From Octopus bimaculoides (Eukaryota), in assembly GCF_001194135.2 (NCBI RefSeq), contig NC_068981.1, positions 114,047,955 through 114,111,954 of the forward strand: a DNA stretch of 64,000 bases, in the 5' to 3' direction. Below, one piece after another: positions 11,808-25,865 of the stretch. Numbering within the stretch: the stretch's first letter is position 1; each line of letters begins with the position of its first letter. The translations under genes and the position numbers were made by a program. Under the pieces are notes generated by a model. It had not been told where the DNA came from and did no database searches. It saw only the letters and a list, made by a program, of their open reading frames with translations.

Positions 11808-13640
11808 CTTAGTGGTAAAAGGTTAGCTGAAGGGATATGATACGACATTCAAAGGCATTTTGGATTGATGTTAAGCCTCTGCCGCCTTGATTTTGTTTTA
11901 GGTAGAAGTGGTCTACGTCATTGTTTATGTGGACATTGTGCGTGTTTGTTAGTATTTTCCGGATTTTCACATCAATGACACGGATCTCATCGGGTGTATA
12001 ATCAGGCAGCCCAAATGTTGGCATGAGTACTGGCACAGCAAACACATTGTGGGCCACTGTTCATTGAATGCAGAGAGTTCTGAAGTGCAAATTTTCTTTA
12101 TTCGGTTTTAATATTCTTTAGAAACAAGTGTTTTGTTAGAGGTGCCATTGTAAGATATGTTTTCGTCTACCTCTAGATACCTGTAACATTCCTCATCAGA
12201 TATTGGGGAAACAGTCAAGTCATTGATAGAGATGTTGTTAGTCTGGTTTGCTGTTTTGCCTCTTATCACAACCATATAACAACATTTATCCTAACAAAAC
12301 TCCATCCCTACATCCTTTAAAAATGTTGTAGCTCGGTCAAGGCTCCTCTTCATCCCGTGTATATTCTTTGCATAAAGTTTCAAGTCATCCACAAAGAAAC
12401 ATTGTGTGGTTTTGTTATTCCTGTTTCCTTGTGAACCAGTGAGATATCCTTCAGACTTCCTTAACATGAATGACATGGGGTTTACAGAAAGTATAAACAA
12501 CATCACAGAGAGGCTGTCGCGATATTGTATTCTATCAGTGTTAATACAGTCATTCTTTGTGTTTAATTTCAAGATGGTGGTCTACGATGAAGTTAGATCA
12601 GCTGTGGCTTTGACTATGCTCACTGGAACTTTAGCAAGTTGAAGGGCTTCTAGCATCCATGAGTAGGGAACAGAGTCAAAACCTTTCTTGTAGTCTAGCT
12701 ACATTGAAACTGGTTTCCTCCTATACTCCCGCACATCATAGTTTTGTTGATTAATAATTTCTCGGCACATCCACAGACTCCCTCCTTCCCAGCTCTTGTT
12801 CTGCTGTGATGATACTATTGGTTTCTGTTATGGGGATAAAAACAATAATAATAATGGTATATTGTACACCCCTCCCACGTGACAAGTGGTATGTGAAATT
12901 CGTTACAAATACTGCGACGTAGGAAGTCGAGTCGTCGAGAAGTCGGCAAAGTTGGTCATAGATAGTCGTGTCTTTACTTATCTTACTAACTATATTGCTA
13001 TACCGAAGTGAACGTTATAACAGTCCGACGTTGGGTTACAACAGCGGCGACGAGGAATTTAAAAACTCACGAGGAATTAGCAAACCAGTGTGGTATGCTG
13101 TCCCCATTGAGAGCTTCCTGGTACAGATTGATAAGATTTGGTTGGTTGAAAGTTAGCTTTTTGTTCCAATATCCAACAACGAAGTCTCTTCCAGGTGCTT
13201 TCCATTCTGAAGTTTCTGGAACATGGTTACAAGGGTATTGCCATCAATGCTGTATATCTTGGGTGTAATGCAGGAGCAATAACTTCTTCAGATTTCTTCC
13301 AGCCACAGAGCATTTTGGTTAAACGCCTTCTCTTCGCTCCAGATTCTCTTCCAGAAGGAGTCTATTATTTTCTCGTGAAGGAGCTTCTGTGATGTTAACC
13401 GCTCCTTCTCTCATGTCTCTGCCTGCTTCCGGTTAAATTTTTTGTTCATTTTTTTTCTCTCTCGGTTATTCTCTTCTGGTATCGAAGTTTCTCACTGAGA
13501 GATTTTAGCTCCTGCTTGAGGGTAATCAGTTTGCAAGTGAGTGTCCAAACATCATTTCTGTCTCCTTTGGTTTCTATTGGTGAGGCATATAGTGATTTGC
13601 TTGTTTGCATGCAGTAAGCATCTGCACATGGCTGATGGTC
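11808..13640 (-). mobile_element. R4/Dong-type LINE RT fragment
   Basis: WKAPG near 13200; LDYKKGFDSVPY at 12660-12700; FFVDDLKLY; FYLKQNQGGRGL thumb motif. Confidence 0.9.
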
Positions 13641-13721
13641 TTCCTAATGTATGGTATGGTATGTATGTATGTACGTATGTGCACGCGTGCGTGTGTATGA
13701 GAGGGAGAGAAAAAAGGAGGG

Positions 13722-13763
<42 letters not shown>

Positions 13764-14397
13764 TGTGTGTGAAATGTCTATTTTCAAAATGTGCGTTTTA
13801 TCTTCAAGTAAAATATCTTTGATAAGTTTCACATATGACTTGGACCCTATATATGTGAGATTGATGTTAACGTTTTGGAGACAGTAAATGCTGTTAGTAT
13901 ATAAGATCTCTTTCAACTTGATATATAGAGAATGGAAAGATTCCAAAGCGTTTCTTCTATAAGGAGCTACATCGTGAGAAAAGCTCCCTTCATGAACCAT
14001 ATTTGCGATAGAAATGCAGTCTTAAATTTAGTTCGCAAAATGTTATATTCGTTTTGAAAGCTGAGAAGAATGCAACTTTCCTTTCGTTTTCTGTAATATT
14101 CATCGAGGTTCAAATTTCAGGGCATGTGCTATGGAGTACTATAGATTAAAGTACACTCGATACATCTAAGAAATTTGAAAATAACTGCATAAAATACACT
14201 ATGGATGTTAATAATCTCTTCAAGTGTTCATTTAGTAATCGAGTACAGCAACCGCATCAACAAAAGCACCACGTATACGTGATGAATAACAGCAACAGCT
14301 ACAACTTTGCCAGTGTCAACAAAAGCAACAATAAGAGCAAAAATAAATGTACAAGAATAAATAGCCGCGCCAAGTAACCAATTCCACTTTTCGCTTT

Positions 14398-14648
<251 letters not shown>

Positions 14649-14789
14649 AAGATCTCAATGTTTTCTTTATTTCCTTGTTGTTCAGAAGATCTACGTTTGG
14701 GGGATGATAAGTGAACCGTTTGATTGAGTACAACTATAAGGCCTTCAGGCGAATTTAATGTAGTTTGCACTATTATTATCGTTTGAAAC

Positions 14790-15289
14790 CGGCATTTTTG
14801 CCGAGAGATTTCCGGGGCCGTTCCATCACTTTTTCGTCTCTGTCAATGTCAAAGAATTCAAAAGCAATCCTCCAGATCAATTCCTCAAAGATCCAACTAA
14901 GACCCGCACATCGCAAAATACACATCTTATTTCTCTGATACTCAAATTTTTCAACCCATATTTATAACATCTGTGCTCGCCAGGATGTTGAGTAGTCTAT
15001 CCCGCTCAAAATGTCCCTGAATAAAAGTTTTTTTAAGGATGGCGAACGAAACACACGTTTCCAGTGGTGAATTTAAATCCCAAAGAATACTTCTCAGAAC
15101 ATAGCTATGATGCTCTCCCACTACTTCTGTTCGTGATCAGAGCTGCACATATCGTCAGCTACTAAGGGACATGCTCAACTGGTTATGGTCAAGCAACTGA
15201 CAAGCAACTCCGTGGTATGGAGTGAGAATATTTGCTGTAACCAATTTTTTAGACGAAGACAAAGCAATGTACATGACAACACTTCCAAT

Positions 15290-15290
<1 letters not shown>
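14790..15290 (+). mobile_element. Probable CR1/L2-group LINE 3' end and UTR
   Basis: PSLF...DQFLK resembles the ORF2 terminus; ends at a trinucleotide tail. Confidence 0.45.
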
Positions 15291-15432
<142 letters not shown>

Positions 15433-15924
15433 AGGAGTATTCATTTGCTTATAGTGAAATTGTAAGGTGTTCCTTTTAAGAACTAGAAGCCGTATCTCCA
15501 TCAAAGTTCACACTATACTGATTGCCACTAAGAAAATTTGAGAAAGGAAGAAGTTTGAAAAGGAGTAGTATTAACAAGAATATAGATAAGCTTAAGTTGG
15601 AAAAATGTGGTAATATCGGTAAAAGAAACTTTCAGAAATACATTTGTGCGACATCAAATTCTCTTTCTTGCTCTCTCTGTTTCTCTTTAATCTTTCACTG
15701 TGGCTTTGTCTCTCTCTGGAACGGTAGAAAGTAGCTAATAAAAGACAAAAATGAAAAGACTCAAAAGAAAAGGAAGGCGCGCTTGCGCACATCCATCCAT
15801 CCCCACACATACACACCCACATATATAATGATAGTTATCTAATACATATTCGCCACAGATTTAGAAACGAAGTATGATAGTAAGTAGTAGGCTCAAGGTA
15901 TAAACCTAGTCAAATAATTTCTTA

Positions 15925-16004
<80 letters not shown>

Positions 16005-16821
16005 TACACACAAGCATAAAAAATGTATTCAGTTTTCTAACTGAAAGCAAAAATGATAAACATGAGAGCTATGAAAGTTCAAAACTAGCTTCGAAACCAT
16101 GATGAGCAGAATGTCAAAAATATACAAGATTTCAATTAGTTATTCTCATCTACATATAAAATATTATAAGGTGTCACAGATTACGACATGTGTCAAGCAT
16201 TGACAAAATATTGATTTTCCGAAGAAGTATTATAATTAAATTCGATATTTTGATAGAATTTGCATGTGATTTATATTCAATGCTCACGATTCATATTCAA
16301 GCTGAGGCGTTGTGGAAGTGTGACACGTGATATGAAATATGAAGAAACAATACTATCATTTAAGAGGTAATATGCAAGAATATTATATAAATGAGTAGTT
16401 TAAACGACAGCATTATTTGGTTATTGATAAGAAAGATAATATCTCAAATTTCAAAGCTTAGATTCATGTTTGATACATGCATCATGAATATAGTTGTCTT
16501 AATTTCGTTTCATTTTTCTCGTTCCATTTTTTGCATCAACCGTCACGTTTTTTCCACATTTTCCCTTATTTTGTTATTGTTCAGCGTCCTTGTTTTTAAA
16601 ATATATATAACGCATAAACAGAGCCTGCTTTTTAAATTATTAATTATTAATTAAGTCTGAATTATTAATCAATAATTAATAATTAATATTTTTTCTTTCC
16701 GATTAGAATTTACTAATATAAAGTGTAATATTTATATTAGAATTATTTGCTGATACCTATTAATTTATTCCTCATTTTATTATATATCTTTCAACAACAA
16801 TACATAATTTGATTTAATTTA

Positions 16822-17841
16822 CGAGGGGATGTTCATTTAACATTTCCCTAGACCCACTTCCCAAGGACTGAGATAAACAAAACTTGGCATAATTATCAGT
16901 TCTTCTCTATACAGCCACCAACAATAGTGATACACTTCTCCCATCTGGGCAACATGAGCATTGTGAACTGGGGCGTTGTCTTGAAGGAGGCAGATTCCTT
17001 TGGTCAGGATGTCACGACTCTCTGCTTCTCTGATGGCGTCCCGAATTTCTGCTGCAGAGAAGCATAATATGGTGCCCTTTATCAGATATTCCATCATCAC
17101 TGGTTCCAAAGGACTGTGAGCATTACCTTGTCTTATCAGGGTTGGACACGAGCCTTCTCTGGAGGTGGTGAGTTACCATGCTTCTATTGCTTCGACTATA
17201 CTTTAGTCTCAGGATCATAGTGATGGACCCCATGTTTCATCCTGTGTGGTAAGTCTGCCGAAAATGTCCTCCTCGTTTTCGTGGCACATTGTCAAAGGAG
17301 CCTGGAATCAATTGACTCGTTCCTGCTTCTGAAAAGGTGTGAGCATCCGCATGTGCAAATAGTCGTGAACGACTTTTTCCACGGATCCTACACTTGTCTT
17401 CACTTCATAAGCTACTTTCCGAATAGTTATGCGGTGATCCTCCAAAATGGCAGATTCCACTTTATGGATGGTGTCGTCATCAATGGCGGAATGAGGTCGT
17501 CCAGGAATAAAAGCAGTTTCTACCGATGTCCGACCACATTTGATCTGGCGATGCCAGTGCTTCACTACGTCTATTATGGTGCATCGTTATCATAAACTTC
17601 CTTCATCTCATCAAAAGTCTCTTTTGGTGTACAACCTTTCAAGTATTAGAACCTGATCACTGATCTGCATTCAACTGTTTCCATTATAACACCTTGGTCT
17701 ACTTCAACAGCCGTAAAAGACAAATGAATACTAATGGAAAGCTGTAATTTACAATGTGATATGTATAATTATACCTGTACAAGTTCCGTTTCCTGCAATA
17801 ACCGGAATTGGTCAGCGGAACTCTTTAAATAACACCCCTCG
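16822..17841 (-). mobile_element. Mariner transposon, internally deleted
   Basis: TIRs cgagggga/gtgtt..ttaa flanked by TA; transposase HTH (GRPHSAIDDDTIHKVE...ITIR) and LQDNAPVH; YSPDLAP region missing. Confidence 0.92.
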
Positions 17842-18189
17842 TAATATAGGGAATATCGCAACTATCTGATTTAATCAGGTTGACAATCGCTTATAGGGTC
17901 AAGTGGTTCGTTAGCAATCATGTGGCGGCAGATACTGCGCATTTTCATTGCACATTGGGAAAGAATCTTTTCCCCGGCTCCTTCGAGAAAAATTGGATGG
18001 AGATTCTTTAGAAGCTTGCTGGACTGTATATATTCTTGGTCGATTGTTTAAATTTGTCGCTATTTTAACGCCCCTCCAAACGTCTCGTATATGATAATGT
18101 TGTACCTTTTGACTTACAGGTTCAATCCATACAACGGGCCATTGTAAATTTCCATTCTAATCTATTTCACTCCCAATGAATGAAACGAC

Positions 18190-19380
18190 GTGAGATTTAC
18201 AGAAAAGGATATTTTTCCCAAGATGCTACGCAATATGATGGAATTTAAGACCTCAACTTTGCGAAGCGACTTCTTAAACATTGGCCAACACTGCGCTTGC
18301 AAGCATCCGCGTATACACGCGCACGCACACACACACACATACACGCACTTACGCACGCATGCACACACACACGTGTATACACACAAACATACGCACATGC
18401 ACATGGTACCCAGGGATCTTATAACAACTGGGAATACTTTTGTAGAAATACTCCACAGTCGTCGTATTTCTCTCGTCAAATCCTGGTATCTTCCTTTTTT
18501 CTGTTCTTTTGCCGCTAGATTCATGTCCACATCTATGACGGCACACTTTTTTTCCCCTATTGAGAACCATAATATCTGGTCCCTTGGCATGAATTTCGTG
18601 ATCAGTCTGTACATCAAAATCCCATAAAATCTTTTATTAGTCATTCTCCATTACACCTTCCGATTGATGTTAGTACCATTTTGTTCCATCTTAGCCGTAC
18701 TATGTCTCAGTGTAGCACCTTGGCCACACAATCGTGTTTGCGTTTATATTCCTTCTGTGCTAAAGGACAACAGCAATTTATGTGCGTAATGAATTCCCCA
18801 TTCTCATTACGTACTCTGTACTTTGCACTTTTCACGGATTCGTCTATTTTGGCCTTAATGATACTCGTTCGCAATGATTAGTTTGAGCAGCTCATATGAG
18901 TATTTCTGCTTCTTTCTTAAGATCTCCATTCTTCACCCGTTACAAAGACTTCTCTGCTGCGATGTCTTGAGTTTGTCTGAGATACTGACCATGTAGTTCT
19001 TTTGTTTCTTTTTTTATTTCTCGCTTCTGTTTTCTTCTTTTCTTGTATTCCGTTGCCGTCTTCACAGATTCTTTGTCCTATCCACTGGTAGCTGAAATCA
19101 GATTTTCTGAGTTGCTTCTTACATACTCTTGTATATCACGTTTCGCCATCTCTACACAGTCTCCTATTGGTATCAGTCCTGTCCCACCTCCCCCTCACCG
19201 TTGTGGGTATGATCTATCGATACTGTCTCTGGAGTGTAAGGAGCTGTACATGCATGTTGTCTTCCTGGTTTTACAATCTGTGTCTCTTCGTTTCCAGTCC
19301 AGGAAAGCAGCAGAATATCTTATTAGAGAGACCACTCATGTGCTTTCTAAGCAGATGCTTTTCCCCTCCATTCCATATTG
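18190..19380 (-). mobile_element. R4/Dong-type LINE 3' part with internal deletion and (CA)n insertion
   Basis: Thumb motif (SIDRSY...GGGTGLI), CCHC region (HINCCCPLAQKEYKRKHDCVA), REL (KKCAVID...RYQDLTREIRRLW...PVVIRSLG). Confidence 0.85.
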
Positions 19381-19689
19381 ATCTTAGCAAAACGGAATAT
19401 CCTGAGATATTCCTTTTTCATCCTCGATTTAATTTCTTGGCAGAGAAAATTTCACGAAAAAATATTAATTTTCCTGGAAGTTAAGAAGAATTTAAGTGGA
19501 CTCTGTTGGAATTTCCGAAAATTGTCCCCCACCCCCATTCCAAAACACTTTCACCGGAAATTTTTATATATTCGGATTTCACATAGTAAATACTATATGC
19601 ATAGAAAATTTCATTAAAAAATATTCATTTTTCTGAAAGTTATGACCTCCCAAAGTCTGGGGGGTAAAACCCTGTAGTTATGCCCTTGT

Positions 19690-20150
19690 AACGCCATTCA
19701 CTGGTTGGATCGATGTCTTATTTGGGAGTTTAGTCCCTCTTGGCATGAATATTTTCCCTCTCACTAGCATCGCACATTTATCTATTTCAAACTCAATTCC
19801 ACTATCATCACTCACAACTCTAACAATCTATACCAGTTCTCATTTTTCACAAATAATTTTAGGTCGTTCATCAACAGGAGGTGGTTTGTTTACACCCAGT
19901 TGCTAAATTCGTAGGACGGTTTAACGTCCCTAAGGATCAATGTAACAGGGATAAGGGCAACGACGAATGGCAGTGGTGAGAGTGGAATATTCCCCTACTT
20001 ATGTTCACTTCCCCGAGCTTCTCTTGGCCTGATGTTGATATAGTTCCCCATTTTGGCATACTGTTTTATAGGAGCTGGGCAAAAATCTCAGCTATCTTGA
20101 GACATTCTATGTTCCATGAATATGGTACACTATCGTAAGCACTTTGTTAA
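19690..20150 (-). mobile_element. R4/Dong RT fragment
   Basis: AYDSVPYSW, ISRGIF..PLPFVVALIP, SDDSGIEFEIDKCA. Confidence 0.8.
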
Positions 20151-20199
20151 TCTATTCATGCCGTTGCTAGGTTTTTCTTCCTGCTTTTGACCTTTCGGA

Positions 20200-20478
20200 G
20201 GATTTTCAGTGCCCCTGGACTGGCTCTTGCGCGGGTGGCAGATAAAATACACCATTTTGAGCGTGGCCGTTGCCAGTACCGCCTGACTGGCCTTCGTGCG
20301 GGTGACACGTAAAAGCACCCACTACACTCGCTGAGTGGTTGGCGTTAGGAAGGGCATCCAGCTGTAGAAACTCTGCCAAATCAGATTGGAGCCTGGTGTA
20401 GCCATCTGGTTTCACCAGTCCTCAGTCAAATCGTCCAACCCATGCTAGCATGGAAGGCGGACGTTAAACGATGATGTA
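20200..20478 (+). mobile_element. SINE with an RTE-type tail (Meta/Ceph-like motif)
   Basis: ggcgttaggaagggcatccagctgtagaaac motif and terminal ggacgttaaacgatgatg. Superfamily assignment is from memory. Confidence 0.55.
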
Positions 20479-20689
20479 ATAGGCCATTTTTCCCTTTGGA
20501 GATTATTCTGCCTCCTTTCTGTTCTTATATCAGATCTCCCTCTTCAAGGTACATAAATGTATCCTTTTCAATAAGACCTGTTAGCAACATCAATATCAGT
20601 GGAAAGCAAGTTATTGTTCAGTAGTTGCTTGCTATATTTCCTTTCTTTTGATCTTTCAATATCAGAATCGATACTGAAATTCACAGTGA

Positions 20690-21900
20690 CAATGCTCTTC
20701 ACAATACGTGTGATGTACCAGTTAAGACAATCTTTTGCACTTACTGTATGGAGGGTGAATCAGGTATCATTCTCAAATAATTTTCAGTTCTTTTTTTTAT
20801 CATTCCAAGAGTTCCTACAATCACTGGTATTGTAACTGTCTTGAGATGCCACATCTTTTCGATTTCGATGAGCAAATCTTTATATTTTCTGAGCTTATCA
20901 ATTTTTTGCGGAGATATTATGATCACAGGGTATACTCAATCAATAAATAAAGATAATTGTTTTGGTCTTTCACAGCAATATCTGGTTTATTAACATTGAC
21001 AGTTCGGTCTGTACATACTGGAATGTCTCAAAGAATCGTTACATTTTCTTCCTCAGTTACAGCCGTAGGGTGGTGCTTGTATCATTTGTCAGCAGTTTGG
21101 ATTTCATAATGCCGGCATATTATCCAGTGTAGCTATTGGCCAACATTTTCATGTCTTCATTGATACTCTGCAAGTGCTAAAACCCGTCGTTGCAGTACCG
21201 GTAATTTGGGTCTACTCCATTTTTAATCACATTGACTTGATAGTTCATGGTCAATAATCTCTAATCTTGAACAACCAAGATAAAGCATTAGCCCTGAGCT
21301 CCATACCGAGTGATGGGTGTGCTTCTGGTCTACATGAACTTGTTTACTACGGGCACATATTTGCCATGCAGAGGATTTTGTTCCCACCTATCGGCTAATT
21401 GTTCAAACGCATTTTGCTTTGCCATTGATTTCACCTTATTTTCAATTACAGTTGCCGCACTTCCACCATGCTGTTCAACATAGGTATTATGCATGAACTC
21501 ACTAGCAAATTTTTTGCTCTCCTTCATACCAGAATGAAACTTGTTACGTATCTCGCGGTTTTCAACGAGTTTTAGCATCCAGTCGTTAGATGTTTCAAGA
21601 TATTTTGCCTGTCCATTTCTGGTGGTTTTGCAAGGTATTTCAAACTGGATCAACCCTCGACCTACTTGAGGGGAAAGTAAAGACAATCTGCGTCTGCCTT
21701 TGGGTGGTGCATCTTATTGCAAATCAGCAACTTACGTATTTTTCTGTCAATCTTCCTTATTTCGCTCATATTCCAACTCAACGAATTGAAACTGTAAATA
21801 ACAACTGGAACTGTTAAGGAAGTTATACCAAACACCTTATTGCGTGCATTTAACTTGGATTTTAGGAATTCTCGAACTCTCCTGTAACATTCCTTCCTGA
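20690..21900 (-). mobile_element. R4/Dong-type LINE 3' half
   Basis: KMHHP..DADCL...GRGLI thumb, W.QNPLHGKY, CCHC region, KYKDLLIEIEKMWHLKTVTIPVIVGTLG REL motif. Confidence 0.9.
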
Positions 21901-21913
21901 TCTTCTCTTTTCA

Positions 21914-21949
21914 TTATTATTATTATTATTATTATTGTTGTTGTTGTTG

Positions 21950-22011
<62 letters not shown>
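21914..22011. repeat. (ATT)n/(GTT)n microsatellite abutting a LINE 3' end
   Basis: Read directly from the sequence. Confidence 0.98.
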
Positions 22012-22014
22012 TAA

Positions 22015-23040
22015 ATAAAATATGGTCTGTTGTCTTCTGCTGAACCGGGGTCATCTCTTGACCCTAGGGTCACAGTAGGTCCTCATCTCATGGAGAGTAC
22101 ACGGCGTAAAATGTGTGCAGAACCTAGCAACACTATTTTATGAAGTTCTCCCACGTTAACACTGCAAAGGAGTTTGTTGAGCTGCTTATCAAGGCCCTTT
22201 TTAATTAGCCCTAACACTCCAATCACCACTGGTGCTGTGCTGCTTTTCATTCTCCATATCTTGGTCACTTCTATTTCTGGGTCTTTGTACTTGAATAACT
22301 TCTCTACTTCTTTAATGGACTCATTTCTCTCTGATGGTACTGTCACATCTATCATTAAGCATTTCTTATTCTTCCCATCTTTGATTATTATGTCCGGCCT
22401 GTTTGTCTTGATTTCTTTATCGGTGTTGATTGGCATGTCCCAGAATACTGTTACATCATCTTTTCCGGTCACAGTTACAGGTTTATGCTGGTATCATCTT
22501 TCTGAAGTTGGAAGCTGATAGTGTTTACATATCTTCCAATGGATACATTGCGCTACTCTATCATGTCTATGAATATATTCGGTTTTTGCAAGCGCTATGC
22601 GTCCAGTTAAGATGTGGTCCTCTATTACATCTTGCTCATAACACATTCTATCTTTCGGGTCAGTGCATCGTTCATTATTTTGTTGCGGTAAGCTCTGGTT
22701 GCCAAGCTTTGATTTTGTGCTGCTATGATAAAACCTTCGGTTTCAGCCTTCAGTCCTGAGCTCTTCATCCATACATGAGTGTCTCGTTTTTCTACGTTTG
22801 GTTTGATCATTCTTCTTGGATATCGGCCATGCATCGGTTTTTCTAGCCATTCTTCTTTGCTTTTCTTCTGGGCTTGTTTTTTTTTATCTCTTCCTTAATT
22901 CTTTTAGCAAACAGGGTTACTTTCTCACTCGCCTTCATCCTAGGTTCCTCCGTAATCAATTGTTTCTTAAACTGTACAGATTCCTTGTATACCGAGTATA
23001 GCTTCTTTACTTTATCATGCTGGTGCACAAGCTTCATTAG
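22015..23040 (-). mobile_element. R4/Dong-type LINE 3' end, including a short 3' UTR
   Basis: MHGRY...GLKAETEGFIIAAQNQSL; FWDMPINTDKEIKTNRPDIIIKD...IDVTVP...LGSAHILRRVL. Confidence 0.93.
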
Positions 23041-23049
23041 AGCCTGAAG

Positions 23050-23300
23050 GAATTGATTAAAATTGGCAATAATGTAATAGATGAAATAAAATCAACAACA
23101 GTAGAACCACTAAATATGACATCGCTAAACCAACTAGCCTATGCTACAGCTGCAGCTATTACTGATGCAAAAGGAATAAAACTAAAAAGGAAAACTGCTC
23201 AACTGAAGAAAAGCCAACCAAGATTGGAAAGAAAACCTAGAAAAGGATATACAATGCATGATAGGCGACCTGTCAATACTGACCGAAATAAGTAACAGAA
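23050..23300 (+). mobile_element. R4/Dong N-terminal fragment in the opposite orientation
   Basis: LNQLAYATAAAIT...G..K...PRLERK resembles the pre-RT region of these elements. Confidence 0.6.
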
Positions 23301-23342
23301 AGCAGGTTATCATCATCATCATCATCCTCATCAACATCATCC

Positions 23343-23382
<40 letters not shown>

Positions 23383-23389
23383 TATTATT

Positions 23390-23940
23390 ATTTTATGTTT
23401 GACTTTTGCTTTGCATTTGTACAAGTTGGATTCAAGTCTCACCCAGAGACCTCAAGAGACAACAAGTTAGAAGTTCATGTAGGTGTTTTGCCTAGGGTAC
23501 AATATATTTGGATTTGTATATAGTGTTGTTCTAGAGAATGTTTAAGAAACCATAAGAAATTTATGTATTTGCTTTAAAATTTGAGATCACATAGACAGTA
23601 TTTTACATAGGATATGGGCAGTTCCCATGAGCACTATCCTTTGAACTTCAGCCATTTTGGGGTTTCCTGGTATCTGAGCTAGGTAGTAATCAGCCTGTTT
23701 CACTGTCATTCCCAGGGCACCTACGACAATAGGTATTGTCTTAGTCTTCAGCTTCCACATTTTGCTAATTTCTATTTCAAGATCTTTATATTTGCTCAGT
23801 TTTTGGAAAGTCTTGACAGATACGTTTTTTATCGATTGGGACAGTCATATCAATGAGGAGGCATGATTTTTGTCTGAAGTCTTTCAGTATGATGTCTGGC
23901 CTATTTGCATCTATCTTTCTGTCAGTTTGAAGTGGTACGC
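23390..23940 (-). mobile_element. R4/Dong 3' end (REL and UTR)
   Basis: QTDRKIDANRPDIILKD...LIDMTVP, KYKDLEIEISKMW; abuts (CAT)n(ATT)n at 23308-23392. Confidence 0.9.
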
Positions 23941-23944
23941 CCTG

Positions 23945-24650
23945 AAAAGAGCCATCACTGACTTGGGAATTCTCGCGTTCTCCTACCAGTTGGTGTTCAA
24001 GCATGCAAGTAGGTCCCAAACAAGTCTGGCATGCTGCTAAAGAGTTCGTAAGGCAGACCAGCAATTTGTCCCCGCTGCAGTCTGACAACACATCCCCAAC
24101 CTCTTTGGCTGTGATCGACGCTTCACAAGATTCCGCATCCCGCCTCGAGAGACGCAGCGAACCGGCCAGGAAGTCTGCGAGTTATTTCCCGCGATCTAGT
24201 CCACCGCTACTCCCAAATAGCTGGGCGAAATGATCGTGAAACACCTTGCACATATCTTCGGGTTCGTTTGCCCATCGACCATATGTGTCCGTCAAAGATC
24301 GAATGGTTGAGTTGTTGCCATGCTGGCTCTCTACCACCCGGGCCCATCCGGTCGCGTTGATCCCTTCCTGTCTCATTGCACGGATCTTAGCCCTGACAAT
24401 GCATCCTTCGTGTTTACCTTTGAGATGTTGGTCGAGTGCCAACCTCGCCGCTAACACTTCCGATGCCCCGCCTGACCTCATTTCCTCGTCTACTGCCTTA
24501 ACTAGTTTCTTTTCTACTTTGTTTCTAGCACTAGCTAATTATTTGGTAAACCTAATCGACTCAAATTTGATGGCTCTTTTCAGGGCGTACCACCATTTGT
24601 TGTTGATAATGGATCCAGTTAACGCCCTCATTACAGTCTTCATTACAGCT
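23945..24650 (-). mobile_element. L1/Tx1-clade ORF2 fragment (EN-RT linker)
   Basis: EGCIVRAKIRAMRQEG...IRSLTD..G...MCKVFHDHFAQLF, followed by ITAKEV...KLPGLD-like sequence. Confidence 0.75.
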
Positions 24651-24688
24651 TAGTATTTTCTTATCTATCCTTCTAGTAATGATTCTAT

Positions 24689-25865
24689 TGTAGTATGTCA
24701 TAAAAAGCGGCAATATGACCTAATGGTCGTTTGCCCGAACAAGCATAATTGTTGGTAATCCCATTGGTTAAAATTACTGCCCATATTTAAATGCTATACT
24801 CTCGTCAAAGAGAATTAGTTCATGAAATACGGTTCTTACAATTCAAGTATGAGTATTTATAAAAACCCTGATTTAGGAGAAATTAAATAGTGTTCGTAGG
24901 ATTGTTACTAAACTCCACGACACTCACTCATTGAGATATTGGCTATTTTTTATGCCATGTCTATGATAAAAAGCCAACAAGACTTATTTGAATTGTTGTG
25001 AACTCTAGTAGTTAGTATGAAAGATTAGCTAGTGTGAATTTTAAGTCGTAATTTTATGCGTGCATGTATGTTGAAGATAAATAATTTCGTGTTCTTTTAA
25101 CCGCTATAAAAAATAATTACTACATTATTTTATTTATGTATGTAAAGAATAAAATGTTTTGAATGGTACAACAATGCACTATAATACAAAAAATGGACTA
25201 TATACCTGTTGTAATTTGGTTATCTATAGTCCGATGATATTTCGGAATTACAATTCCTTCTTCAGATATTCTTAGATGGAGTCACTGCTATAAACTGTTT
25301 TCCAACGGTTTTCTTATTTTTCGGAAGCGTCTCAGTAGTGGTCTCACGAAGCTTCTTCCGGAATTCCTCATGAGAAGTGCGAACTACAATACTTTCCTTT
25401 ATTTATGTACATTTAGCATTTATAGTACAATTGGAAAGTAAAGTCATTTTGTTGTAGAGAATTACGACTTAAAATCCACACTAGCTAATCCTTCATACTA
25501 ACTACTAGAGTTCACAACAATTCAAATAAGTCTTGTTGGATTTATATCATAGACATAGCATAAAAAATAGCCAATATCTCAATGAGTGAGTGTCGTGGAG
25601 TTTAGTAACATCCAACGAACACTATCGTGAGTGTCGTGAAGTCTAGTAACAATCCTAGGAACACTAATTTATTTCCCCCAAATCAGGGTTTTTATAACTG
25701 CTCATACCTGAATTGTAAGAACCGTATTTCGTGAAAGAATTCTCTTTGACGAAAGTTTAGAATTCAAATATGGGCAGTAATTTTAACCAATGGGATTACC
25801 AACAATTATGCTTGTTCGGGTAAACGACAATTACGTCATATTGCCGCCTTTTATGACTTGCTACA
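24689..25865. repeat. Long inverted duplication (arms about 24689-25055 and 25457-25865), probable PLE relic
   Basis: The arms are clear reverse complements; weak PLE RT-like translation (LNMGSNF; KFTM downstream); central hammerhead. Confidence 0.85.
25234..25269 (-). ncRNA. Minimal hammerhead ribozyme (putative)
   Basis: CUGAAGA (25265-25259), extra A, stem II GGAAU/AUUCC with UGUA loop, GAAA, U|AUC triplet, short stem I. Confidence 0.65.
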
